A stretch of 64,000 nucleotides of DNA from Verrucomicrobiota bacterium (GTDB taxonomy: Bacteria > Verrucomicrobiota > Verrucomicrobiia > Opitutales > Cerasicoccaceae). Both the position numbers and the translations under genes were made by a program. Below are positions 1-9,300 of the stretch, one piece after another (position 1 is the stretch's first letter; each line of letters starts with the position of its first letter). The stretch is from assembly GCA_039818205.1 (NCBI GenBank), contig JBCBUK010000001.1, forward strand, positions 1 through 64,000. The letters are read 5' to 3'. The notes below the pieces were generated by a model. The model made no database searches and was not told where the DNA came from. It saw nothing but the letters and a program-made list of their open reading frames with translations.

Positions 1-58
1 GTGCATGGCCTTGGTCGATCAGGTCGCCAAGTATTTGATGTAGTTTCCTTATAGTCAT
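1..58 (-). CDS. Phage hypothetical protein (N-terminal part, runs off window)
   Basis: ATG at 58 preceded by GGAGG; MTIRKLHQILGDLIDQGHA... open to window edge. Confidence 0.6.
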   Translation of the reverse strand, partial: MTIRKLHQILGDLIDQGHA

Positions 59-81
59 ATCGCGTATTCCTCCATTGGTTT

Positions 82-990
82 TTAGCTTATGATCCTTTGG
101 ATTTCATCCCACCTATCGCCAACGCGATCCAAGCGAGCCTTCATCGCTTTTTCTTCTTCTTCGACATCATCCCAGAGGTCATGGTCGATATAGGGTTCCA
201 CGGTGTCTTGAATTAGATTCTCGATCACCGACGGCTCTAAGGCGTCCAGTTCCCAAGATATGCGGCCAAAGCGGCTAATGTAGCCGCTTGCGCGACTGTC
301 CGTAACCTTTGCTGGATTCGGCGGGGGATTGTAACGATTCACCTGGTCCATGTTTAGCGCTATGCGCCTTACATCGACGGCTCCATTGACCGCCGCATCC
401 GCAAAAAGGTTTACGCGATCACTGTTGTCTCGGGTCATGTCAATGCCGGACGGGTCGTGGTCGCCTAGGTGGATCAGCACACAGCTTTTCCCATCCTGTA
501 GTTTCTCCATGAACCGTTGACCAGCTCTCCATGCTTCGGCGGCGGACAAATAACCCTTGCAAGATAGGTGAGGTAGACAGAGGGGCCGACAAGCACGGGA
601 AATTACATTCCCAAGCGCTTCTTTTTCCACCCACACTTCAATATAAACATCCTGACGTGCCCAGCGGTCGAAATGTATTCCGGCTGATAGCCCATTTATC
701 GGAGCCATCTCATCTTCCTCATACCAGTCCGAATAATGACCACGGTTCCTGTCTTCGATCGCATGCCACGAGATCAATCCAGCCATACGGGCTTTGGTTA
801 TGACGGTTCCAAGGTTTTTGTAGCTGCGTTCCGTGTTGGGGATAATATCACGAGCGACAAATTGATAATAGAGCTGCCTCAGTGTGAGCACATAACCAGC
901 GCGGTAATATTCGTGAATTATCTCTTCAGCCTTCCCAACTAGCTCCAAGCTGGTGGCTGTTGGATTCCAATCTTCGTAGATTCTTTTCAT
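82..990 (-). CDS. Toprim-domain protein, TopoVI-A/Spo11-like (DUF2399-like)
   Basis: LTLRQLYYQ winged-helix segment, VWVEK glutamate, GDHDPSG DxD motif, WELDAL. Confidence 0.7.
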   Translation of the reverse strand: MKRIYEDWNPTATSLELVGKAEEIIHEYYRAGYVLTLRQLYYQFVARDIIPNTERSYKNLGTVITKARMAGLISWHAIEDRNRGHYSDWYEEDEMAPINGLSAGIHFDRWARQDVYIEVWVEKEALGNVISRACRPLCLPHLSCKGYLSAAEAWRAGQRFMEKLQDGKSCVLIHLGDHDPSGIDMTRDNSDRVNLFADAAVNGAVDVRRIALNMDQVNRYNPPPNPAKVTDSRASGYISRFGRISWELDALEPSVIENLIQDTVEPYIDHDLWDDVEEEEKAMKARLDRVGDRWDEIQRIIS

Positions 991-1004
991 ATCTTCCCTT
1001 TAAG

Positions 1005-1445
1005 TTAGCGTCCCTCGGGCACCGAGGAATCAGGGTTATGTGGAGACATCCACTTTTGCGGAACCAGGTCTTCGCGAGTTATGTAGCTATCAGCTGAATC
1101 AACCCAGTAGCTAGTGACCCAGTGATCGTCACCTAAGAAGCATTCCCGGATTCCCTGACGATTAAAATCACCATCAACCCAGTCAGGATGATAACCTAAC
1201 ACAGGTTCGCCATTCTCTGGCGGGTCCACGAGCGCGTCTCGCCACCTATTTTCATTGGCGTGCTCAGTGAGAATTCGGGCCCTTACAGCATGATCATAAA
1301 TCACTAGAATCTGATTTTCGTCCACATAGCCCCGTTTCAGTCCATCAATGACGCGAGGTATGTGGTTCATGAGAATATCCTTAATGATAAAGTTCGCACG
1401 CTGGTCCATAGAACCGACCGCTTGAGCGTCTGTTTCGTTATTCAC
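1005..1445 (-). CDS. Phage hypothetical protein, C-terminal DUF551-like domain
   Basis: WRDALVDPPENGEPVLG...KWM pattern; ATGA overlap with upstream gene. Confidence 0.6.
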   Translation of the reverse strand: MNNETDAQAVGSMDQRANFIIKDILMNHIPRVIDGLKRGYVDENQILVIYDHAVRARILTEHANENRWRDALVDPPENGEPVLGYHPDWVDGDFNRQGIRECFLGDDHWVTSYWVDSADSYITREDLVPQKWMSPHNPDSSVPEGR

Positions 1446-1708
1446 TCTCCGCCCCCTTCCTGCAGCTTCTCATTCTCCCTGGTCAGTGTCTCGACCCGCT
1501 GAGTGAGCATTAGGATCTGTTCAGCATCGCCTTCCGAGTCCTCATGGAGTTCCTTGAGTTCATCGCTAAGCTGGGCTATTGCCTCCTTTGCAATATCAAC
1601 CTTCTTCCGCAGCTCGGCGTTCTCGCGCTCAAGCTCGCTGCATAGACGATCTAATTTCTCGGGCGCTGTGTAATCTCGCGCTTTGTCCGTTCTCGGTGTG
1701 TCGCTCAT
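1442..1708 (-). CDS. Phage coiled-coil protein
   Basis: MSDTPRTD start typical of phage early ORFs; heptad-rich; overlapped start/stop. Confidence 0.7.
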   Translation of the reverse strand: MSDTPRTDKARDYTAPEKLDRLCSELERENAELRKKVDIAKEAIAQLSDELKELHEDSEGDAEQILMLTQRVETLTRENEKLQEGGGE

Positions 1709-2436
1709 TTAGCTCCCTCCATTTTCTCCGCCTCACTGGGCGAAGGGGTTAACATCGGCACCTCGTTCCACTCGCGGCCGTCAAGCAATCGTCCGGCACG
1801 CTTTTTTCCTTTGCGCTGGAGTATTGCGAGGTTGTGATCCTCAAGGTAGTAGCGGACATCAGGGCGACCGTCTTCATCTGGCAGAAGGTGACGATCGATA
1901 ACTGCTCCCGTGCGTCCATCTTTCCAATAAAGGCCCTGGGGGTCATCGCTCGTATGCCCGACCCATTCACCCCATTGTTTAAAGAAAAACGGAATACCAG
2001 CATCTTGGCATTGGTCACGAAGCAAGCGCGCCCAGTCCGGATGCATTGGGCGTGCATTTGTGCCACTTTCTCCACCGACGATCGCCCAATGAATGCCTTC
2101 TGGCACGCCTTCATTCCATGATTCTGGCGGTATACCCTCCCAGTCGCGGTAATTTAAGGTGCGCAGAATGACCGGCCCAAGCAACGGCTCGCACGAGAGA
2201 AACCGCACCTGCGCGGGTATTTCCAACAGTTTGGGCATGCGCTCGTCGGCGCGTTGCTGATCTTCAATACTTGTACCTATGAGAGGTTTATCCCTATCGC
2301 GAACTTTGATCCTGCCCCCATCCCTTGTATCCACTACAAACAATACCGATTCGGCGGTGCCAGACTGAACCAGCCACTCAGGGTCTATGCCATCCCATTC
2401 CCACGGTCCCGGCGTGTGTTTCGTTTCTTTGCTCAT
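1705..2436 (-). CDS. Chimeric protein: KHTPGPW phage domain fused to C-terminal half of DUF5131 (Gp37Gp68 family)
   Basis: GTSIEDQ, RFLSCEPLLG, WAIVGGESG, PFFFKQWG, AGRLLDG motifs; the N-terminal Cys motif of DUF5131 is absent. Confidence 0.8.
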   Translation of the reverse strand: MSKETKHTPGPWEWDGIDPEWLVQSGTAESVLFVVDTRDGGRIKVRDRDKPLIGTSIEDQQRADERMPKLLEIPAQVRFLSCEPLLGPVILRTLNYRDWEGIPPESWNEGVPEGIHWAIVGGESGTNARPMHPDWARLLRDQCQDAGIPFFFKQWGEWVGHTSDDPQGLYWKDGRTGAVIDRHLLPDEDGRPDVRYYLEDHNLAILQRKGKKRAGRLLDGREWNEVPMLTPSPSEAEKMEGAK

Positions 2437-2462
2437 GATTTGTTCCTCGGTGTTGGTTAAAG

Positions 2463-3533
2463 TTAAACGGTCTCGGCTGCCTCTGGCCGCGCTACCTTCA
2501 CGCGGTCGTCGCTAACAAGGTCGTTTGCGATACAGTCGAGAATGATGTTGCACGTTGCGGAAATGTGCGCCCAGTGAGACAGCCCGCTTTCCGGGTCAAT
2601 GTCTTCGCCGCCGTTCACCGCGTTAATGTGTCGCATGACGGCTGCGGTGTACGTGGTAAGGTCTACCCGTGCGCATGATGTTCGCCAATTATAGGGGCCG
2701 TATTTTAAAGCGCCTGATTGGGCCGCATTGGCCGTTTCTTCGAGAAAGGCAGGGGATAGCAAGTGCATGGGTGTCTTAGCGTCACCTGCGCTTTTTTTTG
2801 GGTCTACGTTTGCCCCTGGCTCGGCGGTAAGGGTGATCTTTGCGAATGCCTCGCGCGTTTCAGGCTTCGCGGGCTCTTGTGGTAGGAAATATCCCTCTGG
2901 CTTGTCGGTGCGGTATGTCTCCGCCTCCCTGAAGGTGAAGCCATAAAAACGCCCCCACCTCTCTTCACGACTAATAAAAACTTCCGCAGCATGCCACTTT
3001 GTCGGCTTCTTTATAAAGTCAATCTCCGCCTTCGTCCATAGCCGCCAGCCATCAGAAACACCGACTTGCTCTACTGCCAGCTTGTCCGGGTTGTGCCCCT
3101 TGGCGATTGGGGAGACCTTGCGGGCGTAAGCGTGGATACCTGGGAATTCCTTGTAGGTGACTTCAGCAACCCAATTTTCGCAACGCAACATGTCATCCCA
3201 TCCTCCACTAGAATAGAATAGAAAGTGTCCCTCGGGCCCAGACATTTCCTCCCCCTCTGGCACGATCTCGTAACCTTCTGGCGGTTCGATCTTCTTGCCT
3301 TCGGCATCGTAGCCGTATGGGTGTTCGAATAAATATTGAGCATAGGTCGTAACCCTGAAATGCAGCCCCTTTACAAAGCCTTGTTGACATTCCTGATATA
3401 CAACAAGAGCCCCGCCATTGGCGGCTTCAGCGACGAAGATACGCCGATTCCAGTTTTCGTCATCCCCAGCCCGGACCCAGGCCCATTTGACTGGGTCTCC
3501 GTTAAATCGTTTTGTTGGTTTTTCTACGCTCAT
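2463..3533 (-). CDS. Multidomain phage protein with C-terminal dATP/dGTP diphosphohydrolase-type (DUF5664) domain
   Basis: GALKYGPYNWR...AVMRH...GEDIDPESGLSHWAH motif. Confidence 0.8.
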   Translation of the reverse strand: MSVEKPTKRFNGDPVKWAWVRAGDDENWNRRIFVAEAANGGALVVYQECQQGFVKGLHFRVTTYAQYLFEHPYGYDAEGKKIEPPEGYEIVPEGEEMSGPEGHFLFYSSGGWDDMLRCENWVAEVTYKEFPGIHAYARKVSPIAKGHNPDKLAVEQVGVSDGWRLWTKAEIDFIKKPTKWHAAEVFISREERWGRFYGFTFREAETYRTDKPEGYFLPQEPAKPETREAFAKITLTAEPGANVDPKKSAGDAKTPMHLLSPAFLEETANAAQSGALKYGPYNWRTSCARVDLTTYTAAVMRHINAVNGGEDIDPESGLSHWAHISATCNIILDCIANDLVSDDRVKVARPEAAETV

Positions 3534-3706
3534 CGCTTAAATAGGTTTGATGTGTAATCTGTATTCTCGCGCTCTTCCTTCTGCGCCTGTTCCCATGTTT
3601 GATCGAAGAACCGTTTAAAGTCCCTCGGTGTGATCTTGAACGGCCTCTCCTCATTCAAATAAGAATTCTTGCTTTTGTAGATTTCCCAGAGTTGTTCTTT
3701 TTTCAT
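3530..3706 (-). CDS. Small phage hypothetical protein (58 aa, not in ORF track)
   Basis: Manual translation MKKEQLWEIYKSKN...SNLFKR; stop overlaps next ATG (ATGA). Confidence 0.7.
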   Translation of the reverse strand: MKKEQLWEIYKSKNSYLNEERPFKITPRDFKRFFDQTWEQAQKEERENTDYTSNLFKR

Positions 3707-3717
3707 TGTTCCGTTGG

Positions 3718-3849
3718 TTAAAATGGTACGTCTTCCTCTTCTTCTGGTTGGGCGGTAGCTGTCTCGCTAGTTGGCTGATCCTCGCCACCCTCCGCGCTTT
3801 CGATCTTCCAGGCGGCCCGGTCCAGTAGATATGCTTCCGCTTCCTTCAT
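3718..3849 (-). CDS. 43-aa peptide ending in an SSB-type acidic tip (possible DUF3127/SSB remnant)
   Basis: MKEAEAYLLDRAAWKIESAEGGEDQPTSETATAQPEEEEDVPF; ATGA overlap with upstream ORF. Confidence 0.7.
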   Translation of the reverse strand: MKEAEAYLLDRAAWKIESAEGGEDQPTSETATAQPEEEEDVPF

Positions 3850-4034
3850 CCGACCGTTTGCTTAGAGCCCAACTGAGCCATGCGCCGGAGGCGCTGGGCA
3901 ATGGTTTCCGACCGGAGGGCGCACCGTAGATCCGCCCGCAAGCCGGTTTCTTCGTAGGCAGCGCGGCACGCGCGAGCTTGTCGCTCCCGCCTCGCGGCCA
4001 TGGCTAAAAAGTTCTTCGATTCTGATTTAATCAT
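3846..4034 (-). CDS. Small basic phage hypothetical protein
   Basis: 62-aa ORF, purine-rich RBS, stop coupled to next start. Confidence 0.6.
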   Translation of the reverse strand: MIKSESKNFLAMAARRERQARACRAAYEETGLRADLRCALRSETIAQRLRRMAQLGSKQTVG

Positions 4035-4129
4035 GATTTCTTCCCTTTCCGTCGTTGCGCAATTCCGACATCGCGTGCCGAATCGCTAAGTTAGATAATA
4101 CCCATTTCGTTAAGGGCCAGGCGGCCCGC

Positions 4130-4282
4130 TCAGTCGTCGCTTTCCAAGGCCAATAGCTCAATAAGCGGGGGCCCAGGGTCCACCTTGTTGGGGCCGGCGT
4201 AAGCCAAACCGAACAACACCAGCGCAATGATAATTCCGTAGATCAGTGCGTACCGCTCACAGTCTTTTTCAAATTCACTCAC
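4130..4282 (-). CDS. 50-aa single-TM phage protein (not in ORF track)
   Basis: GGAGG RBS then GTG; VSEFEKDCERYALIYGIIIALVLFGLAYAGP...ESDD. Confidence 0.65.
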   Translation of the reverse strand: MSEFEKDCERYALIYGIIIALVLFGLAYAGPNKVDPGPPLIELLALESDD

Positions 4283-4291
4283 GATTACCTC

Positions 4292-4648
4292 CTAGCTGAA
4301 TTCCGGGTTTTCCATGACGTGGTTGCGGAACCAATGCGCCACGGTTTTAAATTTTCGATCAAAGTGCTGGCACGCCGCGCGCAAATCCGCCTCGGGATTT
4401 TCATTCAGCCAATCAATCATCGGCTGATACTTGGCGGCCGCCGCTCCATAGCGCACCCGGGCGCATTCACGGGTCGACTCATGCGACACGAGCCGATACC
4501 GTAACCCCGTGGGCTCTCGGCGCGTCAATTCCCGCACACGATCGGCGGTCAGTCCGACCGAGTGCAGCGTGGGCGTCCCGTTTTGCCTATAAGCAAACTT
4601 TTCCAAGAGCGCCTCACAGGCCCGATTTACGTTCGTGCAGTATCCCAC
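4292..4648 (-). CDS. Phage hypothetical protein, C-terminal HTH-like segment
   Basis: ADLRAACQHFDRKFKTVAHWF resembles an HTH; tight operon spacing. Confidence 0.6.
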   Translation of the reverse strand: MGYCTNVNRACEALLEKFAYRQNGTPTLHSVGLTADRVRELTRREPTGLRYRLVSHESTRECARVRYGAAAAKYQPMIDWLNENPEADLRAACQHFDRKFKTVAHWFRNHVMENPEFS

Positions 4649-4651
4649 CGA

Positions 4652-4996
4652 TCAATCCTCCGTTTCCAGGGTGAAAAACGCGTCGCGCCACTTCAGCATA
4701 TCCGCCTTGCGCACCATGAGCTTTGCGCGGTTCAACTGGTTGTCGAAACGCTTGCGAATCTTCAAGTGCCGGGGATCGGTCGTCGGGCGAAAGGCGCGGC
4801 CGGCGTCAATCGCATCCTTGGTCACGCCCGTAAACTGCAGGGCGTCTTTTATCGTCCACCAATCACGCTCTTTTCTCAATTGAGCATCGGCCAAAATTTC
4901 CGCGAGCTTGTCTTCCAATTGCGGAAACTCGAGTGCCACACCGGGCACGGTCTGCGGGAGCATTCTACCCGCGTATGCTGTATCTATTACGTTCAT
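4652..4996 (-). CDS. Putative excisionase-like/HTH DNA-binding protein
   Basis: Start reassigned to ATG 4996 (ATGA overlap); WWTIKDALQFTGVTKDAI resembles HTH_17/Xis. Confidence 0.5.
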   Translation of the reverse strand: MNVIDTAYAGRMLPQTVPGVALEFPQLEDKLAEILADAQLRKERDWWTIKDALQFTGVTKDAIDAGRAFRPTTDPRHLKIRKRFDNQLNRAKLMVRKADMLKWRDAFFTLETED

Positions 4997-5337
4997 ACCG
5001 TTCTTCCATGTTGAAATTGACACACCACCGAGGAGTGCTCGCGCAGACTGCGGCGCGGCACCCGGCGGACCACTTGCTGGCCGAAAAAGATCGTCGCCGT
5101 AAAAAGACCGACACAAACGATCACTCTGACAACCTCGCCCGAGTTCGCTAAGGCCTTCACAGCATAGTCACGGGTAATCACCCGCCCCGACTGGATCGCC
5201 TCCTCCAGAAGCACTTTCAAATACGTACTCTTGGAGACATCACCCTCAGTCGCCAATTGCCCCAATCGCGCATCCGCCCGATCCCGAATATTCGCCGTCC
5301 GGTTAACCGTCTTAAAGCCTAGCGGATTAGTTGCCAT
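4993..5337 (-). CDS. RHH-type protein with hydrophobic C-terminal segment (CII-position gene)
   Basis: NRTANIRDRADARLGQLATEGDVSKSTYLKVLLEEAI is RHH-like; VIVCVGLFTATIFF is hydrophobic. Confidence 0.65.
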   Translation of the reverse strand: MATNPLGFKTVNRTANIRDRADARLGQLATEGDVSKSTYLKVLLEEAIQSGRVITRDYAVKALANSGEVVRVIVCVGLFTATIFFGQQVVRRVPRRSLREHSSVVCQFQHGRTV

Positions 5338-5533
5338 CGGTCGTTTCGTTTGTTTTTAAGGATTTTTCAGACTCAGTTGGCAAAAGTTGGCAACCTAGGT
5401 CATCAAAAATAAGGTCATTAATATAAGCAGACAGACTGCGGCGCTTGAGGTAAGCGTGTCGCCTTGCAGCCGCCAACAAATGTGGCTCAAACGACACCCC
5501 CTGCGATATTTTCTTAGATTTTTTCCCGCTCAT
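5327..5533 (-). CDS. Small RHH regulator (Cro-position)
   Basis: SQGVSFEPHLLAAARRHAYLKRRSLSAYINDLIFDDLG; first gene of leftward operon. Confidence 0.75.
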   Translation of the reverse strand: MSGKKSKKISQGVSFEPHLLAAARRHAYLKRRSLSAYINDLIFDDLGCQLLPTESEKSLKTNETTDGN

Positions 5534-5606
5534 TTCTTAATAAGTTGCCAACTTGTGCCAGCCCTTGCAAGAAAAAAACTCGAAAATATTGCCAACTACT
5601 GCCAGC
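5376..5606. promoter_or_regulatory. Three operator-like boxes TTGCCAACT-NN-TGCCARC
   Basis: 5545-5562 (+), 5589-5606 (+), 5376-5393 (-). Confidence 0.65.
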
Positions 5607-5616
5607 ATTGAAAACC

Positions 5617-6180
5617 GTGACTGATCAAACTGCTAAAAAACGGAGGAAACCAACCCAGGGCATTAGCTTTCCCGATGTCGACCTCCTAGAACGCGCCAAA
5701 CTGCGCGCTAAGAGCATGCGGCTCTCACTCTCTCAATACATCAACCATTTGGTTGCCCGGGATCTTGGCTCTCCTAGCATCTTTGAGCATATTCCCATGC
5801 AGGCACCTCCAGCCAAACCCGCCCACGCCGAGTCCAATGAATCGGACCCTTACTTACTTCCGCAATCCTATGTCAAATTTGAAAGCTACCGCCTGCCGGG
5901 TGAGAAGCTTCAGGAGTTTAGGAAGCGACTGCGAGAAGAAGAAACCCCCTCCAGCATTGCAGAGAAGTGGAACATCCCCGAGACCTTGGCGGCCAAGCTA
6001 CTTACCAACCCCAAGACCCCGGACGAATACTCTTGCACGATACCGCAGTTAATGCGGCGCAACCAATTGACCCGCGAGGAGGCCTTAGAATTCTATAATT
6101 CCCTCCGAAAGAATGCCGAAGTATTCGACCGTAACACCAAGGCCCTAGGGGAAGAAAAAGCGAGTGCCCAGCCCTCATAG
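5617..6180 (+). CDS. RHH-domain putative prophage repressor (CI-position)
   Basis: TQGISFPDVDLLERAKLRAKSMRLSLSQYINHLVARDLG, paralogous to 5327..5533; GTG 5617 preferred over TTG 5545. Confidence 0.75.
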   Translation: MTDQTAKKRRKPTQGISFPDVDLLERAKLRAKSMRLSLSQYINHLVARDLGSPSIFEHIPMQAPPAKPAHAESNESDPYLLPQSYVKFESYRLPGEKLQEFRKRLREEETPSSIAEKWNIPETLAAKLLTNPKTPDEYSCTIPQLMRRNQLTREEALEFYNSLRKNAEVFDRNTKALGEEKASAQPS

Positions 6181-6223
6181 GCTGGACACTCCTAATCCAA
6201 CTTTTCACAAAAACACCAACAAA

Positions 6224-6343
6224 TCAAAACCCGGAGGGCCAAGAAGGCCAAACCGCAGTCGAAACCGCCGCCATTTTTTTCTTTGAGCGGAAGCCCAGGT
6301 TGTATGATACGAGGTGAGCGATACTCATTATTGTCTTAATCAT
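6224..6343 (-). CDS. 39-aa peptide downstream of sensor kinase (not in ORF track)
   Basis: MIKTIMSIAHLVSYNLGFRSKKKMAAVSTAVWPSWPSGF; 25 bp after kinase stop; A/C-rich leader like other genes in this genome. Confidence 0.55.
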   Translation of the reverse strand: MIKTIMSIAHLVSYNLGFRSKKKMAAVSTAVWPSWPSGF

Positions 6344-6368
6344 CGTTTTGGTTTTGTTGATGTTGATG

Positions 6369-9300
6369 TTACTTCCCGATCCGCACTGGGACCGAAAATG
6401 GTATTTTCACGCGAAACAGGGCACCTCCAATCTTGCTATCTTCAAGGCTTAGATCACCACTTAGGGCCTCAACCATTTTTGCGCAGACATAAAGGCCAAT
6501 GCCCGAACCCCCTTGTTCCTTGCGGGTCGAGTAGAATGGCTCAAAGATCTTTCCTCGATCTCCATTCGGAACGGGCGGACCATCGTTTTCGATCGTGAAT
6601 TCAAAATAGCCACCGTCTTTGTGCCCATGAACCGTTGTTAGGTCGCATCTAATCAACGAATTGCAGTGTTGAAATGCGTTTAATGAAAGCTGAACCAGTA
6701 TCTGCAAAACCTTCTCGCGGTCGATCAAGACTACGTCCGCTTCGATTTGCTCGATCTTGTATGGGAAGTCAAACTTCACGCGGTCGAAACCCTCTCGATC
6801 GCGCAGTATATCGTAAAGCTCTTGAGCTAAAGAATGAACGTTGGTTTCTTTCTCATCATTTTCGATTTTTCCATATTCGATGTCCGGTATTAGGAAAACA
6901 CCATTAAGCATGGTCTGAATAAATGACAGAGACTTCTTCGTTCGCTTTATGTAGGGACGAGCCCTTGGCGGGAGGTCATCAATTCGTTCGAGCTTGTTTA
7001 GCGATAGTTTAGCCGAATCAATCGGCGCGCGCGCTTCATGCCTGACCAATTGAAAGCTTCGGGCGGCTGACTGAATGGCCAACTGAACTTGCTCTTCTTG
7101 GTCTTCTACCTCTGACATTGCGCGGCGGTACCGACCCATTAGCGTCATGCGGCCAAGCCAGAAAAGAGCGGCAAGCAAGACAATTAGCACCGAGTACTTA
7201 ATTGCCAAAAACCAAGTTGTCATATGCCATGGACGACTGATTTCAAATCCGACGGTTGCAACCTCACTAGCCCCGAGGCCCGGAACTATCGTTTGAATTT
7301 CGAATTCATAAGAGCCCGGACTCAGCGAGTAATAATCGACAGCGCTTATATTGGCCGATTCGGCCCAATCTCCCCCAGGTAATAAGCGCGTGCGGTAAAT
7401 GAGGTTTCCCTGTTCAAACCCAGTTGATACAGAGAACTCGATATTTAAGCGACTTGCCGGGTGCTCAAAAACTAGATTCGATAAGGTTTTATATTTTTCG
7501 CCATCAACACCAACTGATCGCACCAGTGGCATTGGTACTGCGACATCGGACTCGGGGTCTACGACAACAATACTACGACCTCCAAGCCAAAGACGCTCTG
7601 TAGTCTCGTCAAAATGGATAATCCTAACTGGCGCAGCTAGGTCGAAATATTTAGACACAAAGTCCCTCCTGTGAAAACTCGAACCTTCAAGCTCCAGCCG
7701 GACGGCTTTTGATCCGACAAGCTGCTCGCCGTAGCGATTTGGGAGCAGTAACCACACTATGTTGTCTTTCGCGGTTAGTAGACTCTCATACCAATGACCC
7801 ATCTCATCGCTCGTAAACACATCGCGAAATTGAAAAGAGTTCACCGCAGTGTCATAGCTAAAAAGCCCTACCGACGACAGGACAAATAACGACGATCCAA
7901 TTTTAAACGGGCGAGCCCAAGACGCTTTCTTCCCGGAGGGGGACACCAGGTCATATCGAACCACCGACACGTTTGTTAGATCGATTGGAATCTCGCCGGT
8001 ATGCGTCAGTCGCCAAAGTGACATGTTATTTGTGCCGAACCAAAGGTCAACCGACGGGCCGCTTTCAAAATCGGCATGATTGTAGAACTCAACCAAGTTG
8101 TCGGCATACAGCCAATATGCACCGGTTCGACTACTTTCCAAGACCACGCCATCTGAGTCAGCCCTAAGCAAGAAGATCCCCTTTCGGCCAAGGGCAATAA
8201 TCGCACCAGGGTCACTTTCCAAGAGGGTCAATGTTCCTGATTGGTAGTCCCAATCAGCGACCCGACGAAACTCATCACCATCAAAGAGCCTAATATTCGT
8301 CTCTGTTAGCATGAGGCTACCGCCAGGGACTGCAACCGCGTCCCAAACCTCGGCATCCGTATCCAGCCGGCTCCAATCTCCATCTTCATGGATCAGAAGT
8401 CCTGACTTTGTCGAAATAACTTTTTTGTCTTCGGAACCCGAGATCGCCCAAGCTAGCTCATTGACAATAGTTAAATCGGGCAGGAAGTAAAACAAGCCGC
8501 CGCCCCAAGTGCTAACCCAGTAGCCGCCGTCACTAGCCGCCTCAATCGAAAGAAGCCTTTTTCCGTCAAATAAATCAGCTGAAAATGTCTGTTTAATCGA
8601 AAACTCACTGTCCAACTCAACAACGCCAGAGGGGGTTTGAGCCAAATACCCATCATTGTGGCGCACGACGCGCCAAACTTGATTTTTAACATTATAGCTA
8701 GCAATTTCCTCAATATCGTCTCCCGACTTAAAACGGTAAACCTTACCTTGTAGTGAAAACGCCAAGAAGCCGCTTCCATCTGGAATTACAGTCATGATTC
8801 CTGAGTCAAGCTTGCTCTCGGGGACAATAAGCTTCGGCCCACTCTGGCTCCCTAGCGTCCATTTGAGGAGCCCGCCATCAGGATGACGCTGGTGGATGTA
8901 AACCTCACTACCGACCCTATTTGGGATCAATCTACGGGAGTTCTCGAAATCCTCGTAATCAAGTCCGCCCTCCCCGCTTAGGCTATTATCGTCCCCCCAA
9001 TAAAGAACCTGACTGGCGACGATCAAGAATCGGCTCGAATCGCCATATAGGCCCCATACATCCTCACTAATTGGCCGCTTGGTCGGTATTCCAGCCAGTG
9101 ACCTATAGCTGAGATTTCCGTTTGCAAGGTCGGGCTCTATAATGCCAACGTCGCCGTAGCTACCGACCAAAACACGACCATCGCTTAGGAAGTCGAGAGA
9201 TTGCGCTGGACTTCCTAGCGCAATCAATTCCCAGCGGTGGCCGTCGAAAATCGCTACACCGCCAGACGCCGCCGCCCAGAGCCGACCGTCTGGGCGCTCA

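Noticed and set aside
4027..4227. 66-aa ORF from the track
   Set aside because: Another frame (4130..4282) has a GGAGG RBS and a clean TM helix and overlaps it
5545..5562. Minus-strand TGGCACAAGTTGGCA as a sigma54 promoter
   Set aside because: Spacing is GG-N9-GC, not N10; better explained as the repeated operator
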